Source: a virus
Lineage: Duplodnaviria; Caudoviricetes
Strand: one strand, 5' to 3'
DNA length: 46,297 nucleotides
Virus record (IMG/VR): IMGVR_UViG_3300005758_000030
Span: 1-46,297 of that record
Each line of letters starts with the position of its first letter. Position 1 is the stretch's first letter. The position numbers were made by a program, and so were the translations under genes. Below, one piece after another: positions 18,583-28,649 of the stretch. Under the pieces are notes generated by a model, which saw nothing but the letters and a program-made list of their open reading frames with translations, made no database searches and had not been told where the DNA came from.

Positions 18583-20136
18583 ATGGATAAAATACAACTG
18601 TTTCTGGACCTACTGAGTCGAGAATATTCTAATAATGGCTACGAAGGTCGCTACAGTGCTCTGCTTAAAAGTGCTTTTGATCGTGGCTGGAACAGCTACA
18701 ACATGAGCAGTCAATATGAACCCCTGTTGATTGCTGTGGAAGATATGCGCTATAACAATGACGGCAGTCAGCGTCTGGGCATACCCAACGGCTGGCCCAA
18801 GGGTCGTATGGAACTACAACAGTTTTTAGATGAAAACTGGACTGTGGGCAACCAAGGACAGATTTGGGATTTACGCACAGTGGACGAAACTGAAGCACTG
18901 GTAGCAAGTGGTCGTATGCACATGAACAGCTGGTTTATCACACAGTGGGACATGGAGAACCGCGAGCCTTTACAGTATGCAGGTCGGCTGGTACAGTTGG
19001 ATGCTATACCCCAGGGTGAACGCTATGTGTTTCCCATCAGCATAAACGGTTCAGCACACTTTGTACTCAACAGCGTATTAGAGCGAGGTGTATGGATTCC
19101 TCCGCGTGTGGTAGAGGACTGCCGCAGTGGACTGGCAAAGATACTGTTTCATGAAGTTTATGAGGGTCATGGTTTCAATGACACACATGTTAAAACATTC
19201 CTAGAATCTAATAGTCGCGCATATGATATACCCATGAGCGCCATGGCATTTTTAGATGCTAACTTCCTTACACCTGCGCTACAAGCAGAATATGGCAGCG
19301 TGGGCTTTTACTATCCCTATTGGGAGAATCACGTGGGCAGCGGGCATGAATGGCACTTAAACAATCGTGTTAAAGTAGAAAGTCATCTCAAGCGTATGGC
19401 AGCAGGGGAAGTTCACTATCCCTATAACATTGTGCATCTAAATCGTCGCCCCCGTTGGCATCGTAGTGTAAGCACAGCGGCCTGTTTCTATCGCATGAGT
19501 GACGCCAGCATATTGTGGACCTATACTGAACCACCCAATGACTGGACTGCGGTAGGCCCTCATGCAGGCAATAATCTTCGCGGTGACCCCAATTGGGATC
19601 CGGAAAAGTTTGTTAATGACAGCCGCGGCGAGGGCGGTTATCCTCCCATTATTGATGAAGATTATCTACAGGTTATACCTAAAATATTTGATGTGGACTG
19701 CACAGTAAACGATACATTCCTCAACTGTGACGTACAGTATCAGGGCTGTGTTAACTGGACCAACGAAACAATGTTTGTGGAACCCAACACAGTATTCTTC
19801 AGCGAAAAGACTTTTAAACCAATATTAGCGGGTCAACCCTTTATACTAGCGGGTAATGCAGGTATGATCAGTCACTTGCACGACCTAGGTTATAAGACAT
19901 TCCATCCCTATATTGATGAAAGCTATGACATGGAAGCCAATCCTGCGCGGCGTATGAGCATGATATTGCGTGAAGCAGAACGTATTGCACGATTCAGCGC
20001 ACCTGAAATGCGACTGTTTCTCAAACGAATTACGCCCATAGTTGCACATAACTATGAGCTAATACAGCGACGCATGTTGGAATGCACACCTAAAACCAAA
20101 ATTATCAACGACATATATGCATGGGTACACAGTTAA
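18583..20136 (+). CDS. Putative GT-B glycosyltransferase (GT10/exostosin-like C-terminal domain)
   Basis: LNRRPRWHR, NET...FFSEKTFKPI..GQPF, LGYKTF..YIDESYD resemble the T/SEK donor-binding motif of GT10-like enzymes. Confidence 0.5.
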   Translation: MDKIQLFLDLLSREYSNNGYEGRYSALLKSAFDRGWNSYNMSSQYEPLLIAVEDMRYNNDGSQRLGIPNGWPKGRMELQQFLDENWTVGNQGQIWDLRTVDETEALVASGRMHMNSWFITQWDMENREPLQYAGRLVQLDAIPQGERYVFPISINGSAHFVLNSVLERGVWIPPRVVEDCRSGLAKILFHEVYEGHGFNDTHVKTFLESNSRAYDIPMSAMAFLDANFLTPALQAEYGSVGFYYPYWENHVGSGHEWHLNNRVKVESHLKRMAAGEVHYPYNIVHLNRRPRWHRSVSTAACFYRMSDASILWTYTEPPNDWTAVGPHAGNNLRGDPNWDPEKFVNDSRGEGGYPPIIDEDYLQVIPKIFDVDCTVNDTFLNCDVQYQGCVNWTNETMFVEPNTVFFSEKTFKPILAGQPFILAGNAGMISHLHDLGYKTFHPYIDESYDMEANPARRMSMILREAERIARFSAPEMRLFLKRITPIVAHNYELIQRRMLECTPKTKIINDIYAWVHS

Positions 20137-20137
20137 T

Positions 20138-20971
20138 ATGTGGAAATATCTAGTTACCAGCGGCTGTAGTTTCAGCGATAACCTACGTCCTCCCACGGGA
20201 GAACCCACTCGTTGGCCCATGTTCTTAGCTGACTATACAGGCATGACAGTATACAGTCGCGGACAGGGCAGCGCGGGCAATGATTGGATTGCGGACAGTA
20301 CCATATATCAAATATCAGAGCTGCTGCATCAAGGCTGCAAACCTGAGGAAATCATAGCCATAGTTATGTGGAGCGGAATTGATCGCAACAGTATCTTTAT
20401 CAGCAGCGACGGTACAGCACAATACGATAACCTACAAGTAGAACAGTTTATGAGTAATCCTGCTAGTTTTACTGCTAACCCCGCTAATGAATACTATAAT
20501 CCGCCTCGCAATGGTTCCGGATGGCTACTGGGTTCTGCACATTGCAGTTTCCCAAACGAGCGCATTCAACAGTACAAGCAACTGTTGGTAGCACGTTATC
20601 TAAATGATGAAGCATTAATGATTCGCAGTTTAGATAATTGGTTAAAGCTGCAATGGTTCTGTGCTGCACGGGGCGTCAAGTTAGTTAATTTAACGTATAT
20701 GAATATATGGCACTATCCCGGATATGGTTATATCAGCGATAAAGATGCGGGTCCAAAAGAGATACCTTATTTTTATGATCATTATGGTTCGAACATACAA
20801 CACTTATACAGGGAATTAGATCAAAGTCAATGGTTATTTTATGGTGAGCGAGGCGGTATGTACGAGTGGTGTAAAGCAGAGGGATTGGGCTTTTACAGTG
20901 ATGACGTGCATCCCAGTATAGCCAGCCATCGTAAGTTTGCAGAGGAGTGGCTATGGCCAAGAATATCATAA
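20138..20971 (+). CDS. SGNH/GDSL hydrolase-like protein (3)
   Basis: SGCSFS, GSAGN, VMWSGIDR, DDVHPS...H. Confidence 0.7.
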   Translation: MWKYLVTSGCSFSDNLRPPTGEPTRWPMFLADYTGMTVYSRGQGSAGNDWIADSTIYQISELLHQGCKPEEIIAIVMWSGIDRNSIFISSDGTAQYDNLQVEQFMSNPASFTANPANEYYNPPRNGSGWLLGSAHCSFPNERIQQYKQLLVARYLNDEALMIRSLDNWLKLQWFCAARGVKLVNLTYMNIWHYPGYGYISDKDAGPKEIPYFYDHYGSNIQHLYRELDQSQWLFYGERGGMYEWCKAEGLGFYSDDVHPSIASHRKFAEEWLWPRIS

Positions 20972-21777
20972 AGCGACTGGGTGTATGCGGGGACAGTTGG
21001 ATGAGTGCTGTAAAGCCTCCCCGTGAAGGACACAGCAGACATTTTACACAGCAGATTGCTGAGTATTTTGGTGCAGAATATGTTACATATGCACGCGGTG
21101 CGTGCAGTAATCCCGTAATAAGACTGCAAATAGATGCGTGTATAGCTGCTGGCTGCGACTATATTATAGTAAAAGATACCACACCCGATCGCGGTGAATT
21201 CCCAATTGGGGGCGGATATCGCTTTCGAGATGGTATATTAAATGTGCTGTATCACGGTGATGACGTAAGCTGCGACAACAGTGATTTCAGCAGCATGGGC
21301 GTACAACGCAATGCTAGCCTATTAAGCAACACATATAATAATATAGTTAAAGAAGATGGCAGTGTATTCAAAGACCCCAACGGACAGTTAATGGCCAGTG
21401 ACTATCACGGATTTGATAGATTAAGCAACGGGCAAGTAAACAATCTACACAAGTTCTTGTTGTACTATCACGAAAGCAATTGGAAACTGCAACAGGACGC
21501 TTGGATACTGCGCGACGGACTAAAAGCAATGAGTGATGCAGGTATTGGGTATAGCTTTATCAGCAGCTATACATACAGTACGGGCCTATTCGAACAAAGC
21601 GAACGCATAGTGCTGCCCGAGAGTCCACTTAATCCCGCACACAGTGACTATATGTGTTTAGAAGGTGATCCGCGTGGTTTACCCAAAGCTCGCTATCATA
21701 CGCATGTAGAAGAACAGGATAAAATTGCCAAATCGTGGATTGATGTATTAAGGGGCAAGGGGTATGGCAAAGTTTAA
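20953..21777 (+). CDS. SGNH/GDSL hydrolase-like protein (4)
   Basis: CGDSWMS, ARGACSN, C-terminal YHT; GAGGAG RBS. Confidence 0.6.
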   Translation: MAKNIIKRLGVCGDSWMSAVKPPREGHSRHFTQQIAEYFGAEYVTYARGACSNPVIRLQIDACIAAGCDYIIVKDTTPDRGEFPIGGGYRFRDGILNVLYHGDDVSCDNSDFSSMGVQRNASLLSNTYNNIVKEDGSVFKDPNGQLMASDYHGFDRLSNGQVNNLHKFLLYYHESNWKLQQDAWILRDGLKAMSDAGIGYSFISSYTYSTGLFEQSERIVLPESPLNPAHSDYMCLEGDPRGLPKARYHTHVEEQDKIAKSWIDVLRGKGYGKV

Positions 21778-22528
21778 AATACTGGTAGTAGGCGATAGTT
21801 TCGCATTATTAGATAAAAAGAACAGCCATTGGGCTAGAATATGGGCTCAAAAGCTGGGCGGTGATACTGAGCACTTGGCCATAGGCGGTGGTAGTCACGT
21901 TACTATAGTTAATCACGCTGTTAGTGTTAAACAGGATCTACGTGAATATGCGGGCGTTATGTACTTTATTACGGATCTATTTAGAGTAGAAGGTGTTGAT
22001 CACAGTCAAAAGCCACCCGATGCGCCCTATAATGATCACAACGCTATAGATGCACTACTGCGCTTAAATGACTATAAAGACCCTCGTCATGACCGGGACT
22101 GGAGTAATGCACTGGATTGGACCAACGCAGACCCTCCTTTAGATTGGATACAGGCTTATAGCGGCTTTAGTGCTATGCCCACGCTGTATAGAGAACATCG
22201 TGTGCCCACTGCGCTCTACGATAATATCAGCCTTAGATGGTTAGCCGCTGCTAATGCTACTGCGCTACGCTACTATATTCAATACTGTGGGCTGCAAAAT
22301 ATACCCTTTATCGGCATACACAGCGCATGGGAACAGGGTATTGATGTAATTAAGAGCACTACACCCTTTAACAGTTGGTTAATGACCTCTACAGGCCAGC
22401 ATCGCAGTTTAATCAACTATGCAGCCAGTACCAGTGCTAATCACGTGGATGTAGACCTTGCTGTGAGTATGAGCAAGCGTTTTCATGCTACTGCATACGC
22501 TGAGGGCTTGTTTCCCATAGCTGTATAA
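21764..22528 (+). CDS. SGNH/GDSL hydrolase-like protein (5)
   Basis: VGDSFA, AIGGGS, C-terminal ANH. Confidence 0.6.
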   Translation: MAKFKILVVGDSFALLDKKNSHWARIWAQKLGGDTEHLAIGGGSHVTIVNHAVSVKQDLREYAGVMYFITDLFRVEGVDHSQKPPDAPYNDHNAIDALLRLNDYKDPRHDRDWSNALDWTNADPPLDWIQAYSGFSAMPTLYREHRVPTALYDNISLRWLAAANATALRYYIQYCGLQNIPFIGIHSAWEQGIDVIKSTTPFNSWLMTSTGQHRSLINYAASTSANHVDVDLAVSMSKRFHATAYAEGLFPIAV

Positions 22529-22824
22529 GTTTAGATCACCAAGAACCGTCACGAATAGAAAGGCGGTTGGTTCATGGTATTTTCTCACTGGTATGTTCAA
22601 GGGTATTTACAGCCAATTACTCTATAATAAGATTGGATTAAGCTCTAATAAGGGATATTTACTAGTTAATTAGATATGCATTACGGGAGTTTAGTTAGTA
22701 ATTACGGGGGGATATTTTTGCATTTGCTCAAATAAAAATCATTTAAATGCAAAATAAATTGGTTTAATTTCAATATTAAATAATTAAGCTGAATAATTTC
22801 GCTAAGTAATACGAGGAGTTTAGC

Positions 22825-22986
22825 ATGAGTGAACAGAATAAAAATGATTTACCCAGTAATTATGTACCCCGTGATACACCCGTTACTGACACACCCGTAG
22901 ATCCAGAACTTACACCCGAAGAGGAAGAAATCCTCAAGCGTAAGCTAGCTGAGTTGCGTAAGCGCGATCCTTTTATATATAGATAA
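22825..22986 (+). CDS. Small protein ending KRDPFIYR (53 aa, not in track)
   Basis: GAGGAG RBS at 22813-22818, TAAATA at 22777-22782; MSEQNKNDLPSNYVPRDTPVTDTPVDPELTPEEEEILKRKLAELRKRDPFIYR. Confidence 0.8.
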   Translation: MSEQNKNDLPSNYVPRDTPVTDTPVDPELTPEEEEILKRKLAELRKRDPFIYR

Positions 22987-22987
22987 T

Positions 22988-23677
22988 ATGCGACTAGTGT
23001 GTTTTGGAGATAGTTTTACTGCTACTGCGGGCATACCCCCTGAGGATATTAAATCGGGGCGTACACCCAGCTGGATTGATCTGCTAGCAGAGCGTTGGGG
23101 CTGTAGTGCAATCACAGAGGGTGTCAATGGAACGGGCCCTTTAGAGCTGTTATATCAAATACAGAATTTTGGTGAATTTCTTCCCGGAGATAGAGTATTT
23201 TGTGCATTTAGTCGCATAACAAGATTTTGTTTAACCCCGGGCACACCCACAATACATCAATTTACAGAATTACCACGTGATGACGCACATCGTCATTTTA
23301 ATAATAAAAGTCTTGCACGGGATAAAAATCTGCGAGAATTAACAGCCGCGGAATTATCACGAATTATGCAAGCACATCGTTGGTATGATTTATTTCTAAA
23401 TAATGAATATCGCGAACGAACCACACACTATGCTGTATTCACAGCATTGGATGGAATTGCAGCAGCAAATCCTCAGGCAAAGTTTTATGTGAAATATTGC
23501 TTTGCACATGAGTGGCGAGAAAATCGCGCTATGAATTTACAAAATAAATTCTTTAAATTATTAGAGGGCGATATGTGCAGCGTTACCAATGAGCGTGAGG
23601 GCATGGATATTACCAATCATTTTACCAGAGAGAGTGTGGGGGATTTTGTGAATTATTTAGACGAGGTTATGGTATGA
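22988..23677 (+). CDS. SGNH/GDSL hydrolase-like protein (6)
   Basis: FGDSFT, GVNGTG, C-terminal TNHF. Confidence 0.6.
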   Translation: MRLVCFGDSFTATAGIPPEDIKSGRTPSWIDLLAERWGCSAITEGVNGTGPLELLYQIQNFGEFLPGDRVFCAFSRITRFCLTPGTPTIHQFTELPRDDAHRHFNNKSLARDKNLRELTAAELSRIMQAHRWYDLFLNNEYRERTTHYAVFTALDGIAAANPQAKFYVKYCFAHEWRENRAMNLQNKFFKLLEGDMCSVTNEREGMDITNHFTRESVGDFVNYLDEVMV

Positions 23678-25188
23678 TTGTTTGGGGTATCAGCAGCATG
23701 TATCACGATGCTGCACTCACAGTATTAGATAATAATAAAATCCTATTTGCGGGTCACAGCGAGCGTTACAGTCGTGAGAAAAATGACGCATTTTTAAATC
23801 GTAAATTAATTAATGCGGGATTGGATGCAGGGTTTCCTGAGGTCATAGCACTACACGAAACTGCATGGGCTAAACGACTGCGCTGTGCATACAGCAGAGA
23901 TTGGCAGGGTCTACGCGAGCCCACACAGAGTGATTGGATACGGCGTTTTTATCCTGAGCTGCGCGATGTGCCCATTGTGAGCTATTGGCACCATCAAACA
24001 CATGCGGCAGCAGGTGTGCTAACTTCAAAATTTGATGACTGTGCTGTTATGGTCATTGATGCCATAGGTGAGTGGGATACTGCTAGTATTTGGCACTGGC
24101 GTGACGGTAAATTGCATAAACTGCATCGTGTTCGCTATCCTCACAGTCTAGGCTTATTCTATAGTGCTGTTACACATCGCGTGGGACTCAAACCCAACGA
24201 AGATGAATATATTCTAATGGGCATGGCAGCATATGGTGATCCGGATCATGGTCGCGCACTCAGCAGCGAAATTGATCGTGATTATTTTAAGGCCAGTGCA
24301 AGTCCCATATCAGGTGCTCGCGCTGTGCTGACCCGCAAGAATCTACACAGGGGTTTAAGTCCGGATAGTTTCCCTGGCGTGGATCATTTTGATCTAGCAT
24401 GGGCTGCACAGGATCAAGTGGAGCGACGAGTTATTGCATATGCAAATTATGCAAAACAGTTAACAGGGTCAGACAATTTGGTATTCATGGGAGGGGTAGC
24501 CCTTAACTGTGTGGCCAACAGTAAATTGTTTGACGTATTCTCAAATGTTCACATCATGCCCAATCCGGGTGATGCGGGCAGCAGTTTGGGTGCAGCAGCC
24601 CTGCATGTGTATAACACATCAGGCAAGCGTGTAGATTGGCGAGGCCCTTATTTGGGTCACAACATTCCAGGCGCTTATCCTGTGAGCAGAGCCCTAAACA
24701 GTTTGGCCGCAGGTGAAATATTTGGAATAGCAAATGGGCGGGCTGAATTTGGTCCCAGAGCACTGGGTAACCGCAGTCTACTAGCAGATCCACGAGGAGG
24801 TGACATTAAAGAACGCATGAACGCCATTAAACAGCGTCAGCAGTTCCGCCCATTTGCACCTGTTATACTAGAAGAACAAGCAGACAAGTATTTTGAAATG
24901 CCCCAGCAGGGTTTAGCTAGTCCTTATATGCAGTTTGTGGCTCGCTGCAAATATCCACAGGCATTTCCCGCTATCATTCACGCAGACGGCACCAGTCGTG
25001 TGCAAACAGTAAATCAAAAGCAACATCCAGGATTGTACATGCTGTTGCGTGAGTTTTTCAAACGCACAGGCTGTCCAATGTTGGTGAATACCAGCCTCAA
25101 CATCAAGGGCCAACCCATAGTAAATACCGTAGAAGATGCTGCGGCATTTGCCAAACACTACGGCGTAAACGTACACACACATGAATAA
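23674..25188 (+). CDS. Carbamoyltransferase, NodU/CmcH/TobZ family
   Basis: HDAA, ERYSREK, HHQTHAA, IDAIGE, GGVALNCVAN, PGDAG, EFGPRALGNRS, RPFAP, NTSLN. Confidence 0.95.
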   Translation: MIVWGISSMYHDAALTVLDNNKILFAGHSERYSREKNDAFLNRKLINAGLDAGFPEVIALHETAWAKRLRCAYSRDWQGLREPTQSDWIRRFYPELRDVPIVSYWHHQTHAAAGVLTSKFDDCAVMVIDAIGEWDTASIWHWRDGKLHKLHRVRYPHSLGLFYSAVTHRVGLKPNEDEYILMGMAAYGDPDHGRALSSEIDRDYFKASASPISGARAVLTRKNLHRGLSPDSFPGVDHFDLAWAAQDQVERRVIAYANYAKQLTGSDNLVFMGGVALNCVANSKLFDVFSNVHIMPNPGDAGSSLGAAALHVYNTSGKRVDWRGPYLGHNIPGAYPVSRALNSLAAGEIFGIANGRAEFGPRALGNRSLLADPRGGDIKERMNAIKQRQQFRPFAPVILEEQADKYFEMPQQGLASPYMQFVARCKYPQAFPAIIHADGTSRVQTVNQKQHPGLYMLLREFFKRTGCPMLVNTSLNIKGQPIVNTVEDAAAFAKHYGVNVHTHE

Positions 25189-25354
25189 TTCTAAAACAGT
25201 TACAGAGAATCGCTGCCCAGTATGCGGCGCAGAACAGGGCTATAACCATGCGTTGGGCTGTGCCATGGGCGATATTAATGCGGACTCACTGTATCTAATT
25301 GCTAAACTAGAAGAATTAATCAATCAGGGCGCACCAGTAGAATCAGATGTTTGA
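25181..25354 (+). CDS. Small putative zinc-binding protein (57 aa, not in track)
   Basis: C-x2-C-x7-H-x3-C (RCPVCGAEQGYNHALGC); fills the gap and overlaps both neighbours. Confidence 0.6.
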   Translation: MNNSKTVTENRCPVCGAEQGYNHALGCAMGDINADSLYLIAKLEELINQGAPVESDV

Positions 25355-28300
25355 TGTTTATTATATCGGCGATAATCCAGAACTAAAGGCCACTCTGCCC
25401 TTTGCGCGAGCAGTCAAAGAGCCCGAGGATATTAAATCTGATACCAAGATGTACTGGCTGATCGAACCCAGTATTGAAGTCATAGACTATAGTGTATTTG
25501 AATATCGTCCACCTGAATATGATCAAACCTACGAGCATGTTTGGAAGTGGAACAGCAATAACTATGGCGGTGTTAAACTGTTACCCCGTGTTAAAGCAGA
25601 AGGTGTCAAACAGATCAATCGTGTGGTATGTCGCAAGAGTTTTGACATACTGTATGCGCCCACACCCAAAGAGTATTTTGAACAGCACCCATATGCTAGT
25701 CATGTTTGGTGCGTGGATCCAGAATATAAATTAAACAACAGCATTGAGTGGGCTCCGGATAATTTTGAACCAAACTTTATTCACAGCTTTCATCTCCGAG
25801 GACAGCTAGAACACAAATACCCACAAGCAGAAGGCGGTATTAAATTATATCCGCGTAATTGGAAAACTTGTTCTGTTAAGTATCACAGCTTTCTTGATGC
25901 AGGTGTTGAATATCCTGTGTTGCGTGTAGCTGATGTGGGAGATTATGTTCAGCGAGACAAGTTCAATGATGAGTATGTTTGGCTTATAGATCAAAACCAC
26001 AGTATCAATCCTGCTACATTAGATTGGGTACCTAGCCCGTTTGAACATGATTATATTCATGTGTTTCGTATGCCCTATCAGCTTACAGAAAAGTATCCGC
26101 AGGCCATGGGCGGTGTGCGATTAGTTCCACGCAACTGGCGCGATGCAGAAATAAAAATACATCCTGCATGTCCTGTGGGGGATGCAGAATATGATGTATT
26201 CTACATAGACGAAGATGAGTTTAACAGCGATACCTATAGCGAATATGCAGCTAGAAGCAAAACAGATTGGTTCTGGATTGTGGATCGTGATCATGACTTT
26301 AATGGAAAGTTATTGTATGTTCCTGCGATCCACGAACAGGAATACATTCATGTGTTTAAGATTCCAGGACATTTAGATGAACGCTATCCTCTAACTGTTA
26401 CTGAGCCTTGGGATAATCGTTGCGGCGGCGTGAGGTTGGTACACAAGAACTATGATATGACCAAGCACAAATATCAAGCAGGTATTGTACCAGTACGCTA
26501 TGATATCTTTTATACCAACGACATTAACAATTATGAATCATATGCTCGCAAGAGCAGAACTAAAATGTTTTGGTTAGTGGACAGTGAGCATGAACTCAAC
26601 GATGTGTTTAATTATGTTCCACACCGCTACGATCAAAAGTATATTCATATATTTAAGATACCGGGGCAATTACAGCACAAATATCCTTTGAGCATTACTA
26701 ATGTAAGCGACAATCGCTGTGGCGGTGTTAAGTTAGTGCCTGTTAAGTATAATGACAGCGATGCAAAATACATATCAGGATCGCCTACTGGCAACAAACA
26801 ATATCCAATTCTATATGTTTCTGATCCTACAGACTACACCGCAGTTACACAGGACTGTTGGTTAATTGACAAAGAATATAAACTAGACAGCGATGTAGAT
26901 TGGGTACCACCAGACTTTCAGCGCAATATGATTCATACATTTCATTTAGGCAGTCAGTTAAAACACAAGTATCCTGAAGCAATGGGAGGCATACGCTGGG
27001 TGCCCAAGTCTTGGACTAATGCTGAACTTGTAATACATACCATTAGTCCATTTAGAGATTTAGAATTTGAAAAATTTAGCAGCGAAGAAGAAGGCCGCGC
27101 TAATAGCAAGAACAATTGGTTCTGGGTCATTGATCCGGAGGTTGACGTGCTGGACAACTTTAACTTTGACTTTATTCCTGAAACTTGGGATGAAGGAAAA
27201 ACTCATGTTTGGCAGAAACTAAATCCAATCACAGGTAGACAATATGACTATGCCGGGGTCATGTTGTGTCCCAAGGTACCGCAGTCAAAAGGACGTCCTA
27301 AGTACATCCGAGAACCTGCGTGTATACAAAAACAATATCCGGTAATATTTCTCGATCCACAACTTGATATATCTGAACAACTTACACACACAGACAGTAC
27401 TGTAACGAATTCTATGTATTGGGTTGTGGATCCTTTTACTCAAGTTCATCCAGACTTTAAGTTTGATTATTATCCTACTCAATGGGATAAGCAGAACGTT
27501 CATGTGTTTGCAGATGAAGATGGTAATTATAGAAATATCAGATTATATCCTCGAGGAATATTTGCTAAAGAGTATTCAATAGCAGAGATTGAAAACAACA
27601 GTTTTGCTAATCTCAAGCAAATAAATACTATTGGTAGTCTGCGTCCCAAGTGGCCAATTGTACATCTTAAAGATGTAACTAAAAAGGAACTGGTCGATGC
27701 ACTACAGGAAGCGATGAATCGGGGAGTACCGTTCCTGTGGACAATTGACCCCGATGTAAGTGTCGAACAAAGCATTCTGGATGCAGGCTACCTTCCTCAA
27801 ATATCTAATATTGATAAAGTTCATGTGTGGCAGCGTGTAAATCCTCACACAGATAAAACTCACAGTTATGGTGGTTTAAGGTTATGGCCAACTAACATTA
27901 ATGTTGATAATCTAACCACTGATGCTATAAGATTAAACAAGCTAAAGAATCTACAATATGTGAAGCAAGCAGGCAGCAAGTTTAAACCATATGAGATTGT
28001 ATTCTTAAGTTACAAAGAACCTACTGCACACAGCGCCTACGAGCGTCTTACAGCACGATTTACAGCAACATGGGTCAAAGATGTGCAGGGTATTTTTAAC
28101 GCACACAAACAGGCTGCAAACAGCGTAGATAGCAAAATGTTTTGGGTAGTAGATGCTGATGCTGATGTAAACGAAGATTTTGATTTTAGTTATATTCCGG
28201 ACGTATATGATCAAGAAGTTGTGCATGTTTGGGCAAGTAAGAATCCGGTTACTGGGTTAGAATACGGCTACGGCGGTGTTAAGTTATTCAATACTGCACA

Positions 28301-28649
28301 AGTACGTTCTGCTACTAGTTGGGGACTAGACTTTACCACAGGATTGAGCAGCCGTTTTAAGACAATGCCTGAGGTCAGTTGCGTAACACGATTCAATACG
28401 GATGCCTATAGCACATGGCGTAGTGCGTTCCGCGAATGCGTAAAGTTAGCACTAAAAGATGATGCAGAAAGCAAAGAACGACTAGAAGGATGGTTAAGTC
28501 CCTTGTCTGATGCAGACTTTGCATTAGAGGCAAAGCAAGGTGCAGAACAAGGTCGTGCATATGCACTCTCTAACAAAAACAATATAGAAGCATTAGCTAA
28601 GATAAACGATTACGAGTGGTTATATGAACGATACAATCAAACTAGATAA
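25347..28649 (+). CDS. 1100-aa protein of ten tandem GT-A-like repeats
   Basis: Ten copies of W-x-[VI]-[DE]...P...H-x-[FW]...GG[VI]xLxP; the last copy has DADAD and a tail similar to 5454-6452. Confidence 0.75.
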   Translation: MFDVYYIGDNPELKATLPFARAVKEPEDIKSDTKMYWLIEPSIEVIDYSVFEYRPPEYDQTYEHVWKWNSNNYGGVKLLPRVKAEGVKQINRVVCRKSFDILYAPTPKEYFEQHPYASHVWCVDPEYKLNNSIEWAPDNFEPNFIHSFHLRGQLEHKYPQAEGGIKLYPRNWKTCSVKYHSFLDAGVEYPVLRVADVGDYVQRDKFNDEYVWLIDQNHSINPATLDWVPSPFEHDYIHVFRMPYQLTEKYPQAMGGVRLVPRNWRDAEIKIHPACPVGDAEYDVFYIDEDEFNSDTYSEYAARSKTDWFWIVDRDHDFNGKLLYVPAIHEQEYIHVFKIPGHLDERYPLTVTEPWDNRCGGVRLVHKNYDMTKHKYQAGIVPVRYDIFYTNDINNYESYARKSRTKMFWLVDSEHELNDVFNYVPHRYDQKYIHIFKIPGQLQHKYPLSITNVSDNRCGGVKLVPVKYNDSDAKYISGSPTGNKQYPILYVSDPTDYTAVTQDCWLIDKEYKLDSDVDWVPPDFQRNMIHTFHLGSQLKHKYPEAMGGIRWVPKSWTNAELVIHTISPFRDLEFEKFSSEEEGRANSKNNWFWVIDPEVDVLDNFNFDFIPETWDEGKTHVWQKLNPITGRQYDYAGVMLCPKVPQSKGRPKYIREPACIQKQYPVIFLDPQLDISEQLTHTDSTVTNSMYWVVDPFTQVHPDFKFDYYPTQWDKQNVHVFADEDGNYRNIRLYPRGIFAKEYSIAEIENNSFANLKQINTIGSLRPKWPIVHLKDVTKKELVDALQEAMNRGVPFLWTIDPDVSVEQSILDAGYLPQISNIDKVHVWQRVNPHTDKTHSYGGLRLWPTNINVDNLTTDAIRLNKLKNLQYVKQAGSKFKPYEIVFLSYKEPTAHSAYERLTARFTATWVKDVQGIFNAHKQAANSVDSKMFWVVDADADVNEDFDFSYIPDVYDQEVVHVWASKNPVTGLEYGYGGVKLFNTAQVRSATSWGLDFTTGLSSRFKTMPEVSCVTRFNTDAYSTWRSAFRECVKLALKDDAESKERLEGWLSPLSDADFALEAKQGAEQGRAYALSNKNNIEALAKINDYEWLYERYNQTR

